From Eledone cirrhosa (Eukaryota): a stretch of DNA of 64,000 nt. The first letter of the stretch is position 1; every line of letters starts with the position of its first letter. The position numbers and the translations under genes were made by a program. The stretch covers positions 7,502,001 to 7,566,000 of the forward strand of contig OZ024751.1 in NCBI GenBank assembly GCA_964016885.1, read 5' to 3'. This document shows positions 26,984-41,457 of this stretch, one piece after another. The notes under the pieces are model-generated. The model ran no database searches. It worked only from the letters and a program-made list of their open reading frames with translations, and was not told where the DNA came from.

Positions 26984-27188
26984 TAACGAAGGCAGTGTTG
27001 GAGGGAACCAGATGGACAATAACGCACCAGAGTACTCAATACTTAGGGTAGTAGAGTGGATAAGAGGAAAATGTTCAAGACCCCGACGGCAGACCTCAAC
27101 CAGTTTCGACTGTAATACATTCTAGAAATACCCGTCGAAACTGCTTGAGCTCTGCCGACGGGGTCTTTAACAGTTACCTTTACATACA
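26984..27188 (-). mobile_element. Family B fold-back element
   Basis: aagaccccgacggcagacctcaaccagtttcgac / gtcgaaactgcttgagctctgccgacggggtctt inverted arms plus a long tail. Confidence 0.75.
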
Positions 27189-27189
27189 G

Positions 27190-27227
<38 letters not shown>

Positions 27228-27356
27228 AAGGTTATATTTAATTTGTTGGAATACACAAACTTAAAAGTTTTATAACTGATATAAAGCACTCAACAATTTA
27301 GTGGAGTAAATATTCATTATATTAATAACTGGAAACTATATTTATAAAACCATAAT

Positions 27357-27422
27357 TATTTTATTATATGTATTTCAAGGGCAACCAAGGCAAATTTTGG
27401 TGCGCTTTCATCAGATAAAATA
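27357..27422 (-). ncRNA. Type I hammerhead ribozyme, family A (element 27225-27450)
   Basis: TATTTTAT CTGATGA AAGCGCACCAA...TTGGTTGCCCTT GAAA TACATA TA ATAAAATA. Perfect 8-bp stem I. Confidence 0.75.
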
Positions 27423-27487
27423 CAAAATTTGTTTATAGATGTTGACATACCCGCAGAAGAGCAACCTTGATGGTTGGAGGTTCGCTG

Positions 27488-27569
<82 letters not shown>

Positions 27570-28898
27570 TGTGTGTGTGTGTGTGTGTGTATGTGTGTGT
27601 GTGTGTGTGCTAATGTGTATGTGAGTCTGCGTGGATGTAGCTATATATGCAAAGATGGAAGATAACTTTCACTCTTACCCATAAATTAATTACTGAATTT
27701 TATCATACACATATATCAGTAACAAATTAAGTCTGCAATTCAGATGCTATTATTGATAAGCTAGATTATAAACAAACTCATTTTACACATAAATGTTTTT
27801 TTGTGTATGCAGACATGTGTTTGTGTGTGGAGTCTGGTGTGTGTGTGTGTCTGTGTGTGTGTCCGTGCATTTCTCTGTGTGTGCGTATGTGCTTGTGGTG
27901 TGTGTGTGTGTCTGTGCGTGAGTGTTTGTGAGTGTGTGTGGTGAGTGGTCTCTGTATTTATGTATTTATTTGTATATATGTATATATATCAACAATTAAT
28001 TAACTCATGAAGACCAATGTATATTGATTATATATTCATATCTAGCTTCACGGATATCTTTTTTTTTTTTACAGAAACACTTATTCTTCGTCTTCTTCCT
28101 TTTCTTGTTTTTTTCTTTTTCTTTCGGTTTCTTTTCCTTTTTCTTTTTTTCTTTTTATTTCTGTTTATTTTCTTTCTTTTTCCTTTTCTTCTTCTTCTTC
28201 TTCTTCTTCTTCTTGGGTTTGAAAACGACTCTGGTTTCGAATAAAATAATAAATATTTGAAAACAAAATACTTTCGTAAAAAAACAGTACACACGCACTC
28301 ACACACACACAAACTCAGAGAGAGAGAGACATATATATATATTATTGGAATACAGTTAATCCTAGCGTGAACGACGTACACGACTCCAAGCTGAACTCCT
28401 ACCGACTCGAGGGATAGTTCAGTAATTTCTCTTGTATCATCAAGAATAATGGGCTATAAACAATTTTCATTAGGATTGCTAAGTAAAAACAACAGCAGGA
28501 AGAGATCAATTTAACACGTTACGCATATTTCGCAAGTAATCAGTTTTCACAAACCACATCGATTATTTATCATTCATAGTTGTAAAAGGGACTGCTTATG
28601 TCCTGGTTCCTTCAGTTGTATGGAAACATCGCTTATTGAAACACTCAATGATTCAAGCAAGAGTAATTGTGGGTTTGATCACTGGCGAGATGATGTAACG
28701 AAAATTATGTAACATACTTTAAAGATAAACTATATACAGGTGTCGATATGATCCAATAGAGCGAGCTGGTGTCACAGCATTTCAGCATTCTTATGAGTGA
28801 ATCTAGTAAAACAATAAAAATACACGCAGTCACTCACAGACACAGACTTATACAAATATATATGCACGTATGTATGTAGGTTAGTGGCTGTAAATAAT

Positions 28899-29020
<122 letters not shown>

Positions 29021-29206
29021 TATTTAGAGGTTAAACAGGATTCAATCAATATATCAAAGAATGAGTTTTACAATAGTTGGAAGCACTCCACAGTATGGTT
29101 TTCCGGTGTATTTAAGGTATATAAATATTGAGTTTTGTCATACCTTATTCACTGCCATGGCTGAATCTTAACCATCTACTAAGTCAGGGTATGTCATACA
29201 TCATCT

Positions 29207-29273
29207 TATTTTATCTGATGAGGACGTACTGTTGAAGATAGCTCAGTACCTCTGAAATATGTATAATAAAATA
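29207..29273 (+). ncRNA. Type I hammerhead ribozyme, family A-like (element 29023-29325)
   Basis: TATTTTAT CTGATGA GGACGTACTG...CAGTACCTCT GAAA TATGTA TA ATAAAATA. Confidence 0.75.
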
Positions 29274-29324
29274 TACTTGATCACACGAATGTCTATTTTT
29301 GTTAATATTTTGAATTAATATTAT

Positions 29325-29361
<37 letters not shown>

Positions 29362-29364
<3 letters not shown>

Positions 29365-29840
29365 ATGAAATGACATGAGGCTGGATTTGTGTAAATCCTT
29401 GAAAGGTTTATTATACTATGATCATTTCAATGACCGGGTTCCGTATGAAACCGGTGATATCATCAGGTATTCAAAATATAATACGTGAATGTAATAGATA
29501 AAATCCATGGGGCTGAAAATCGAGGACGTCGATTTTCAGCCCCATGGATTTTATCTATTACATTCACGTATTATATTTTGAATACCTGATGATATCACCG
29601 GATTCATACGGAACCCGGTCATTGAAATGATCATAGTATAATAAACCTTTCAAGGATTTACACAAATCCAGCCTCCTGTCATTTCATTATAATATTTAAC
29701 TCCGTAATAGCACCACCAACTACAAAAACAAAGACGGTTGAACTGCTTTACGTTGAGTACTCTCTATATTATTACATTACGATTGACCATACGGAATAGA
29801 CCAGCTCTATACAGTGGTCAACCACAAACCTGAATAAATA
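29362..29840 (+). mobile_element. Family C fold-back element with two HHRs and a 150-nt tail
   Basis: Near-perfect ~160-bp inverted arms (29362-29523 / 29529-29690). HHRs at 29413-29470(-) and 29582-29639(+). Confidence 0.88.
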
Positions 29841-30062
29841 TATATATATATATAATTTTTTTCAATCACATATTTTTATATTTGTTTGACTCGAATTACT
29901 TGGTCGTTTCTAAGGCTTGCGGATGACGGTTTAACCATCGTCTCAGTGTATTTGGCCTTTAACGTATGTTGTATCTCTGGTTCGTCAGAATTACTGAGAG
30001 CTTGCCACACATCTCGGAAGTTGTTTTTCGCTAATTCCAAAGCCGAAATACGATTCTCGCTA

Positions 30063-30099
<37 letters not shown>

Positions 30100-30133
30100 G
30101 AGTTTTTACCTCCGTTTTTTTAATTTGATATAT

Positions 30134-30222
<89 letters not shown>

Positions 30223-30490
30223 TCTCTCTCTGTCTCTCTCTCTCTCAATCACTCTCTCTCTCTCACTCTTTCTCTCTCTCTCTCTCTTTCTTCACACACA
30301 CATCTATATATATATATATCAAGATGGGTTAAGTTTGAAACTGCTTAGGCCATTAATCACAAGAGTACTCGATACTAGGGGTAGAAGAGTATGGTTATAA
30401 AAATGAGTTACCTCACAGACAGTTGAGCTGTTGCCGTTTAAACAGCTAGTTCTAGACTGAATAGCAAATGCGTTGGCGGTTAAGTAGATG

Positions 30491-30520
<30 letters not shown>

Positions 30521-30521
<1 letters not shown>

Positions 30522-33500
30522 AAGAAAAAGAGATGAAATCGAAAATGCAACTGAAGTCTTATTTTTTTAAAAAATATATATATTTATTTGGTTCCTTTAC
30601 CGGTTTCGCAGTTCTTCTGCTTTTCAAAAGGTGAGTTGAGATGGAGGGTCTGTGGTTTTTCTCACATCTGGTTGGTCTCTGAATGTTACTTGTTTTATAT
30701 GGAAAAAGTGGCTCGAAATTCCAGGTTTTTCGAGAAGTAATTTGATTGGTTTGTCAATAATTATAATAAATTTCGCGCCAGTTCACGTTACAATAGTTCT
30801 TCAAATAAGAGAGAGGGGGGGGGGGTGTCACAGGTTGTTTTTTCATATATGAGTGTTTGAATTTCTTTTTACTTGAAAAAATGAGGCTCACGAAGGCTTT
30901 TTTTGGGGTTGGTTATAAATGAAATTTGGCTGTCACGTGAACAACTTTTTATTACATTTTTGCGCCCTTATTTGGAAAATGATTCTGTAGTCTTTATAGT
31001 GAATGTTATGACAATGGAGAGATAGTGGTCAAGGGAAAAGGGATTGGGAGAAATGTTCTGGTTCAGTGAATATGGCCAGCTCACCGGGGTGTCAGAGTTC
31101 AGATTTTCTATTGAGACTGAAGATATGTATGTTTGTGTGTGTGTATGTGTGTGTGTGTGTCTGTATGTGTGTATTGGAAGATGATTCTATTAGTAGAGAT
31201 GGGGGAGGGAGTTGTGTGTGTTTGTGTATATGGGTGTTACGTGTGTGTGTGCGAGTATGTTAAGATGGAGAGAATATATATTTTGTGTGTGTGTATATAT
31301 ATATGTGTGTAGGAAAGTGGTTCTATTAGTAGAAATGGGGAGGGAGTTGTTGGTGTGGAGATTGTTATGTGTGTGTATGGGTGTTATGTGTGTGGGAGTA
31401 TGGTTAGCATGTTAAGATGAAGTGTGTGTGTGTGTATGTGTGTGTGTAGGAAAGTGATTCCTTTAGTAGGAATATTTTTGAATGAACATGTTTTCCTTAC
31501 TTTTTCGTGTTTGCTGTTGTATTGCCAGTGCAAACGTATGTTAAGGTTTATTTAGTTCGGGTTTTTATTTTCTAAAGTAGAAGGTGTTATGTGTGTGTGT
31601 GTATGTCATATTGTGGTGTTGACATAATGTATATTAAACCTTATTTAATGTTGGTCTATATTTTTGAATAAACATATTTTCCTTATTTATTCGCATTTGT
31701 TCTGTTGTATTGTTAGCGCAAAGGTAAAATGGGAAGACTTGGAATGTGGGTGTCTTATTACTTGCGCAAATGTCTAGATAGGCACTTAGTGGTATCTGTC
31801 TCGTGGTTGGATCTCGTAATTGTTGGCGATGAACTGTCATTCTGTTTCTGAGTGTGAGTTTAGTTTGTCCTATATAATCTTCATTGCATCCTTTACATTT
31901 AATGGCATGAAATAGATTTTTTGATGAGCAAGTGAAGTGATTTTTTACAGTAAAATGTTGTCCTGATTTAAATGTATACGTGTTGCCTTCAATGAGGTGA
32001 GTGCAGGTTCCACAATTAGAGCGACCACATTTTTTGATACTTGGTTGTGGGTTTGTTGTAGGTAATTTGGCATTGGAGAGTAATGTTTTCAGTGATTTTG
32101 GTTGTCTTTTGCTTTTGATTATTTTGTGTGTTTCAAGGGCTTTTTTCATTCTTGGGTTTTGTTTTAGTAGTGGGATGTTATTGTGAATAGTGTTGTAAGC
32201 TTCCGCATTTCTTGGGTTGTGTGTATATATGATATAATATTGGACGTACCTTGAATTTGTTTCTGTTTCCGTAATTCATCAATGCCTATTGCTTTAGCCC
32301 TTTCTATTCCATTATTTATTAGTAATAGTGGGTACTCTCTCTCAAGTAGAATTTCCTTTAATTCTTGAAGTCTTTTATTTCGCGTTTCATAATTGGAGAC
32401 AATTGTGCAAATTCTTCTTGCTAGGTTAAAAGGAATGTTCGTCTTCGTGTGCTTTGGATGGTTGGAGGTGAATAGCAGATATTGTTTGGAATCTGTTGGT
32501 TTGTAGTGTATGTCAGTTTCGATATTTGTGTCTTTTTTTGTGATTAAGATGTCCAGAAATGGGAGTTGATCTTGGCTGTATTCCATTGTGAATTGGATGT
32601 GGTTATTGATGCCGTTTATTAATTTTTTGAAATCCTTCAGTTGGTCGAGTGTGTGGGACCAAAGAATGAGGCAATCATCCAAGTAGCGTTTCCAATTCTC
32701 TGATAAATATTTGTGGAAGTTCAGTCCGTATTTTGATTTGGACTGTTCATATATCTGGACTTCTAAGTATGCCATGACTAAGTTGGCATAAGTTGGAGCG
32801 GCTTTTGTGCCCATCGCAGTCCCCGATATTTGTTGTAAGTATTGCCATCGAAATCAAAAAAGTTTTTATGTAGGATGAATTTTAATCCCTCGGTCATGAA
32901 GCTTTTTTCTATTCTGTCAGGTATCTCATTGGGATATTTCTCTAGCCAGAATCCTATTGCTTCTAGTCCGTATTGGTGTGGGATCGTTGTGTAGAGATTC
33001 ACTACATCGAAAGACACAATAATAGTGTCGTTGTTGACATATTTGGGGAGGTGGTTTAAGAGGTCCAGATCGTCTCTTACAAGGCTTGGTATGTGTTTCA
33101 GTATTGGTTTCAGTAGTATGTCTATAAAGTTGCTCAATCTGTGTGTTTCACATTGTGTGCCCGCTACAATTGGTCTTAATTTAAGGTATGTGGGGTATTG
33201 TGTGTTCACGCAGGCTGAGGTGGATTGTTTACAGGCATCGTTGATTATTTTACATTTGTGGATCTTCGGAAGTCCGTAAAGGTTGCTGGTTTTGTGTTCA
33301 AAATGTGTTAAATAATCGCGTTCCTTTTTAGTTAGGTCTTCCTGGTATCGATAAATCAGTGTGTTTAATTTGGTCATTATTTTTGATTGCTGGTAGGTTT
33401 TTACTCTTTCATAGTAATTAGTATTTTGTAAGAGAGAGAACATAGAATTTTTATATTTTTCAGCCTCCATAATGACAACAGTACTTCCCTTGTCCGCTTC

Positions 33501-33748
33501 CTTAATTACAATGTCCGTATTGTTTTTTAGTTCATGGAAAATCTCCCATTCCCTTCGACTTGTGTTGGGTTTGGGTTTAGGTTGCGGTAGTTCATGGTAT
33601 GGGAAGGTAGCTATGTGGTCACAAAATTTGTCCAGAACTCTGTTTCTACCTTTTGTTGGGTTGTAGCTGCTTTTATTCCGTACAATTGATTCGTCGTTAT
33701 TCTCCTTGTCAAAGAATTCCTCTGTGAGACGTAATTTTCTACAGAAGT
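30521..33748 (-). mobile_element. Near full-length Penelope-like element (Neptune/Naiad-like), RT plus GIY-YIG, frameshifted
   Basis: IKEADKGSTVV, LYGLPKIHK, LRPIVAG, SFDVVNLYT, MGTKAAPTYANL, KRYLDDC, LPFLDI, YKPTDSKQYL, CGRSNCGTC knuckle, YIGQT..LRNRMTVH. Frameshifts near 32815 and 32220. Confidence 0.93.
30594..30631 (-). ncRNA. Minimal hammerhead ribozyme with U3-A8 core variant
   Basis: CCTT TTGAAAA GCAG-AAGAA-CTGC GAAA CCGG TA AAGG, in the PLE 3' region. Confidence 0.75.
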
Positions 33749-33750
33749 GT

Positions 33751-33810
<60 letters not shown>

Positions 33811-34248
33811 TATTTCAAATAATTTATTGCTAGCATTGTTAGTATTGTTGTTATTGTTCTGATTGAATGCCATTACTACTATATATATGACTGTATATTC
33901 ATTTCCTTCTCACAAGCTCCAATGAATTGACTGGTTACAACTATGTATTGGTGATCGAATGACGTGAAATCAAGCGGGTAGCGATCTCTAGACCTACCAG
34001 TTCACAGAAACAATAGTCAGTAATGAGTTTAAAAGACCTTTTTTGTATAGCAAACCGTGTCACTCTTCTTTCCTGATTTATCATTACTCCAAGTGTTTAC
34101 AACATAGAAATTACCGCGTACTCGCAGCATCACTATGGAAACACCTTTTTGACTCAAACTTAGCCAAGCGTTGATATCATCCACTACTAGGAGTAGCATA
34201 ACTGGACTACACTTAAGTGGACTACCTATAACAATAATCTGTTACCTC

Positions 34249-34386
<138 letters not shown>

Positions 34387-34751
34387 TATATCTGATTCGG
34401 GTGGTAAGTGATATTCTGCTTATGAATGAAGTTATATATTTAAAATAACCACGTATATGAACCCACTTCATATACATTATTACACCTCTTTCACTATAGT
34501 ACATTTAAGCTTAGACTAGGCGGATATTTTATGATTATAATTGAATAATCATGTATAAATGTGTGGCTGTATATGCATTTATAAATACACTTACACACAT
34601 ATATATTTCTGTAAGTGTATTTATGAGTATATATATATATATATATATATATACCTATATAATTCACATACTATATGCATATGTATGGATTTATATATAT
34701 ATACATATGTATTTAAATCTGCTTCTCATACTATATACATATATACGAATT

Positions 34752-34849
<98 letters not shown>

Positions 34850-35574
34850 CATATATATATATATATATACGTATAGATAACATATGGCTAAGTGCTGAAA
34901 CAGCCGGAAGATATGAGAATAAATATACCTAATGACTATAGAATGGAAGATACAAGAAAACCATCATCAGTCTAAGTTAAAGATGTTTATAAGTATATAT
35001 TTTTGGTCCATAAATTATCGACAAATATACTTGAAAAGTATCTCTACTGTAACCCTTCTCAATATCTGAGTTTCTAATTATGAATATACTCCTCCAATTT
35101 ACATACCATTATCTAAGAAATATACACTTGTTTTGTTTTTTTTACCTGGCAGAGAAGTGTGTTATTCAAATGTCCTCCTTCGCTCCACCACTCCCACGCA
35201 AAACAATTTAAATATTTCAAGAATATTTAACTAGAGACATGAGACAGATTTTAGACACATAAATATATAAATAACACCATATGTTACATTATCAGACAAA
35301 GGTATTCAAATACGATTGCAGGACATATATAAAATTATATGTCAATTTAACCTCCTAGTCCATTATATATATATATGTATATATATATGTATAAATGTAT
35401 ATATATATATGTGTGTGTGTCTGTGTCAGTATATGTATATATTCATATATTTAAGCATGCTGATATATTTGTATATATATAAATATGCGGATATATTTAT
35501 ATATAGAGATATGCGGATATATTTATATATATAAATATGTGGATATATAAGTATATGGATATTTATATATTTAA

Positions 35575-35628
<54 letters not shown>

Positions 35629-35806
35629 TTACATGTATATATAGTTATATGTATATATTCATTGATATATGTGAGTAGTTATATTTGAGTGTATGTGTTT
35701 ACGAGTTCCATTTGACGTTTATTGATTTTTCTGTAAAATTACTTACGGTAATTGTATTTTAAAAATCAACCGCATCGAGTTAATATCTAAGAACATATAA
35801 TGTACG

Positions 35807-35887
<81 letters not shown>

Positions 35888-36671
35888 TATATGTGTGCGT
35901 GAGTGTACATATATATAAAACATATATATATATACATTGCGTGCGTTTGTGTGCGGTAGAGAAAAAGATCGAGAGCGTGTTATATATACACACACATATA
36001 TTCGTTCGCTATACAAATGAAAAAATGATTTGGTATTAAATACGAACGAAGCGTGAAAGTAATGAATATTGGTCGTAAAAAGTATTATATTTGAGGGAGA
36101 CATTAAGCCGGAATAATGTTGGAGTAAATTAAAAATATATCGGATAAAAACAAAATTAATCAAAATCTAAATTAAACAGAATAAAAAAGTTCCGTAAATT
36201 GGGAAGAAAAAATTGAAATATCCATAATAATGAAAAAGTATTTTCTTCTTAAATATGAAACGCATTTTAATTATCCATATTAATATTAATATTATTACCG
36301 ATATTAATTTTTATCGATATTAATAATGATTGAAGAAAGAATTGAAATAACAGACAAAAGACTATTGAATATTAGTGAAGATATTGGTAACTGTGAGCTG
36401 AAAGACGGCCATTAGATGGCTGAGAGACGTCGTATTGATAACGGAATGGCGGGAAATGCACACTTTTGTGAGATTGTAATTGATTTGAGAATATAATTTG
36501 GTGTGGCTTATAAAGTGTAAGCAATGTGATAGAAACAGTATGAAATGAATTATTATTATTCTCTATATTCTATATATTAGAAAATGAATACTGTTCTTGT
36601 TGGTTGATACACAAGAGTTTTGTGAAAGGAAAGTATTTTAACGACTAATATATAGAAGACATTTCTTCTCC

Positions 36672-36702
<31 letters not shown>

Positions 36703-36786
36703 CTTCTTCTTCTTCTTCTTCTTCTTCTTCTTCTTCTTCTTCTTCTTCTTCTTCTTCTGCTGCTGCTGCTGCTGCTACTACTACTG
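36672..36786. repeat. (TTC)n(TGC)n(TAC)n compound microsatellite
   Basis: Seen directly. Confidence 0.95.
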
Positions 36787-38605
36787 ATGTATTTGGTTGA
36801 AATAGATATATGAACATACGCTTGAAAGTTAAGTGTAAGACCAGACTACCAGATTTTTATTTAAGCCCGATCTCATCAAAGCAACGTGTTTTGTCGGATA
36901 TATAGTCAGGTGAATTTCACCTTTGTCCATCACATTATGTTATCTCATATCTCAGTTTACTCTATACAGATTTAACTTTTATATCTATCTAGTTTCCTTC
37001 ACTTTTCCTTTCGATTTTGCCGCTACACGTTGTGTAGTTAGAATGTGAATGCTCCTTTCCAGTTCCCAAAATAATTAACCTCTTGCTATTTATATAAATT
37101 ATAGTTAAATATTCTGTTCTTCCTTTCACGGAGGAAGCTTTTAGAATTTATTTTGGAAAATGAACATATGGCATCTAAACGGTTTACTAACAATCCTAAA
37201 TAGTTAACGGCATATTGAGAGAATGCATTCATTACCATCAAGACAGCTAGATGCATTCAATTATGCCTTGTGAAATATCTAGAATTAAGGGCCATCATTA
37301 TTGCTGAAGTAATATCCATTACTTATAATGTACGAGAGATCTGTATAAGAAACTATTTGTAGATAAATGAGAAATATTATAGATTATATACGTATCCAAG
37401 CGGGTGCGCTGGTAATTCCAAATTCACGATGAAACCATAAATGACTCATTACAATTAAACATAACATAAATTCAATTCAGCTTTAACGATATGATTAAAT
37501 ATCCATGTTTGTTATATGATCTATACATTTTTATTGAATTTATCCTCAGGTAAATAATCTACAGTCCTTGGGTTTGTTTATGTCTATTTTGGTACAATTT
37601 CGGTAGTGAAATATAGAGCTTTGCCTCCTTTCAATGACTAACCCATCTGTATATAGGTGATTTATGATTATCAATCTAAAAGTAGAAAAACCTGCATTGT
37701 AAAACGTGTAAAAATAATTAACATGTTCACCAATTTGGTTGAGCGACTAAAGTATTCTAAGAGACACACTTGATTATTAAGAAGACAGAATGTAGAAGGT
37801 TTTTCTTAGGAAAAAACTAATGTCGTTAAACATTTTGGAAGTTCATTTTGTTTTATAATATGACAAACTATTCGTCCAAATAATAAAACGTTGTACACTC
37901 TGATTGGTGCATATAAGTACTAATCATAGATATTCACTCAAACGTTATTGAAATCCACCAATCGAATTGAAACAAACTTTCGTGGACTAAATAAAAAAAA
38001 TATGATGAAACATAGGTTTGGGTACGAGATCAAGGAACGTGAGACAAATACATATATCAGCTACAAGAATTTTGTAAAAATTATTATTCTTTCAGTATTG
38101 ATATATTTAAAGATTGCAGTAAAATGTAAACAAAAAGTGCCGATCTGATGTGTTTCTGATAATAGTAGGGTAAAATTGTACATTTAAATTCCAGTGATTA
38201 CAGGAAAGTGAAATGGCTCCATCAGAAAAGAAGACATATAATTTCAAAGTTATTTTTCTCTGATTACGACGAAACTTCATAGAGAAAATAATTATAGTCG
38301 TTATTTCAGTAATATTCGCAGCTCTTTTAAATTAGAAGTATTTTCTATTAAGTTGATGTTTAAACATGAAAAGAAAAACAAGAGAAAGTGCAACATTAAA
38401 ATAAAACCCATAGACTAATATGGGTAGACTTAAGCAGATGGAATCTGCTTAACATTTTAACTGATTAGAAAATTAGATATCGATTCGTACCAGGAACACA
38501 AATCTTCTTGTTTCAATTAATGGAGGAACAAACGTGGTAGTTATTATTAATGAGATCATATATGTACATACATACATACACATACACACACACAAATATA
38601 ATATA

Positions 38606-38643
<38 letters not shown>

Positions 38644-40635
38644 AATATATACCCACATTTATATGTATATTGTGTGTATGATCATATATATTTATATATA
38701 AGTACATATATGTATATATTTACATTCATACATGCACACACTGTGTGTGTGAATATATATATATGTGTATATATGTACATGTATGTGAGTATGAATATCT
38801 ATCTATCCATCTATCTATTATTATTAATATCACACATTTCGCTCATTTGATGGTTGTGTAGTTCGTTAATCAATGTCAGTATTTTTAAATATAGACGTTG
38901 GTATTAACCAGGCGTATATATCTTGAGAGAAACATTACGTTCGAAGGATAATTCTGAATTTAATTACATTGATGCAACATATATGCTATCGAAGCGAAAT
39001 TGCTCGCGCGCAGGTGATATATGGTGAAATATCTATTAGTATACTACCGCAAACACACTGTACTGCAATGGCTACTCTTCTAAAATATGTCAAAGGAAGG
39101 GAAGATTGTTTATGACCTATGATCATCGAATTCAAAAAGAAAATTGAAGTAAACTGTTATGAGTCACAATATTTTTTTCTGTGTGACTTACATGTGAGTC
39201 TATCTTGAATGTTCACTACTGTTGATTAAACCTTACTCAACCCTTATACAGAACAATAATATCTATTGATTAGATGCATACCTGTATTGATTATCTTGTC
39301 GTTTTCAGAAGTAATATAGTCATAATTAAGTTTGCAGTTTCCCGTTGTAGACAGTAGAGAATGATATAAGAGAATTAGAATTTCAGTTGTTTCTGACACG
39401 CCGTATGGCATTTAGACTTTACAACGATGGTTTTCAGGTTCTATAGAAATATATTCAGACTATGACTGAACATAAGAAACCTCATTATAATATACAACAT
39501 TTCACGCCATGAAACCTAACATATACTGATTGAATTGAGGTCTATGTGTTATCAACTAATACACTTTGAGACCTCACTATTCCACATATACGTATCAGCA
39601 TCAAAATAAATTGAACGTAGAGCAAACATGTGTCAAAACTAAAGGATGTTTCTGTAATTACATATCGCAACGTATATATATATATACTACCACATGTGAC
39701 ACGCCTACGGGATGAAATAGATCAGCCTTGACTGAAGAACGTGTTACATTATATTTTCTTCATTGCAAACTATGACATATTTGTAACTTCATTGGAAGAT
39801 TATATATTTAGCATTCGAATATTATCACTTGAAAGACTACAAATTGCTATAGATGAAAATTTGTTAGTAGGAAAAATGCAACTGAATATGTAACATTCAA
39901 TTAGGTATGTTCATTTAATATACTATTCAAAATGTATTCTTTAATGAAGATTAATTGGACCCTATACGGAAGGCAATGTCTGCAAGTATCTGCTAAATAT
40001 TTTCTGACTATTTTTTTTTGCCTACTTAGATAGGACATAACATTTTAATGTTCATAAAATATATATCTACAATCTCATTAAAATAACACTTCATAAAATG
40101 CCGGAGCCAGATATACAAACAACGGTAAAATAATGTTAATTTTAAAAGGCAGTTTTTAGTTTTACGTTCACATTTTGCAGGTTACCTTCTCACATTCCCT
40201 TCGAGATTATTCGATATATATAATTTAATCACTCAAATACCTTGTATGAAAAAAATTATAATCTTTATACCTATCCAATTCGTAGGTGTTAAACTGTTAA
40301 CATATACGTCCTTACACTTACATTCTCTTTGTCTGGATCGGTAAGAGAGTTTTGCTCACTTGTGGTCGTATCTTTACTTCCCGTTGCATACGCGACTATT
40401 CAGCTAATTATTTTAGTAGTAAATCAATGTTTATATATGTTGAATATAATACATTTAAAGTTAGATTATGTTTCAGACAATTATAATTGTAAAGAGGACT
40501 CGTAATATCAATCCCTGTGGCATTTCTTGGGCATTTAAAGCCTGGCGGAGCCCATAAATGGGCCTGCGTACAGGAGATTTCTTCGAGAGAACGATGGAAA
40601 GTGAGAGAGAGAAAAAATGAGAAAGAGATATAGAG

Positions 40636-40795
40636 GAAGAATCAAACTAGTACTAGACTGGTACTTTTTTATCGACCCCGAGAGGATGAAAGGCAAAGTT
40701 AACCTCGGCGAGATTGGAACTCAGAGAAGAGAGAGCCGGAACGAATAACATAAACATGCTATCCGACGTTCTAACGACCCCACTAATTTACCACC
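40636..40795 (-). mobile_element. tRNA-derived SINE (older, diverged)
   Basis: actggtactttttatcgaccccgagaggatgaaaggcaaagttaacctcggcgagattggaactcag. Confidence 0.8.
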
Positions 40796-41392
40796 TATTT
40801 ATTATTTTATAAACGATACAGATACATTGATTATCTGCATTAATGTGCATAATAACAACAGTCCAATGTCTTAGTAGTTGGGTGGTACCTGCAATTCCAT
40901 ATAGTAAATGATTTACAAGAATACAAAATAAGGATTATGAATGTGGGATAATAAAACCACCATATAACAGATGATATAATAATATACAATTATAGTTTAA
41001 CTTGGTAATTTATACTGCATTGTAAGAGTAATCAATACAGTGAAATATCGACATATCAATTATTAATTATGGTTATTTAATTGATACATTGATTGAATGT
41101 TTATTACTATTAAAGTGTGAAGATGTGTTCAGATGTCAGAATATATACACAATTGCCTAGTTTCAATTATATATTTCCTGTGACAAAGTTTGATTTTAAC
41201 TTTAGCATGTCATGGTGTGTTCGACGAAGCATACGTTATAAGGTTCGCAAACCTAGATTATTCATTGCTCTTTCATTCTCTCCACTCACTCACTCACTCT
41301 CTCGCTTTCACTCTCTCTGTCTCTTACTGTCTCCCTTATACTCTGTATGTGTATATGTTTATTCACACATTCATATGCATATATACACCTAA

Positions 41393-41457
<65 letters not shown>

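Noticed and set aside
31634-33470. Selenoprotein-type (Naiad) PLE with in-frame UGA and SECIS
   Set aside because: The ORF breaks are frameshifts. I saw no UGA at conserved Cys positions and could not identify a SECIS by eye.
34930-34980. Hammerhead at minus-strand CTGATGA (34966-34972)
   Set aside because: No GAAA follows the putative stem II.
36800-41100. Host exons in the long unique AT-rich stretch
   Set aside because: Several AG acceptor-like sites exist but no open, recognisable coding segment follows them.
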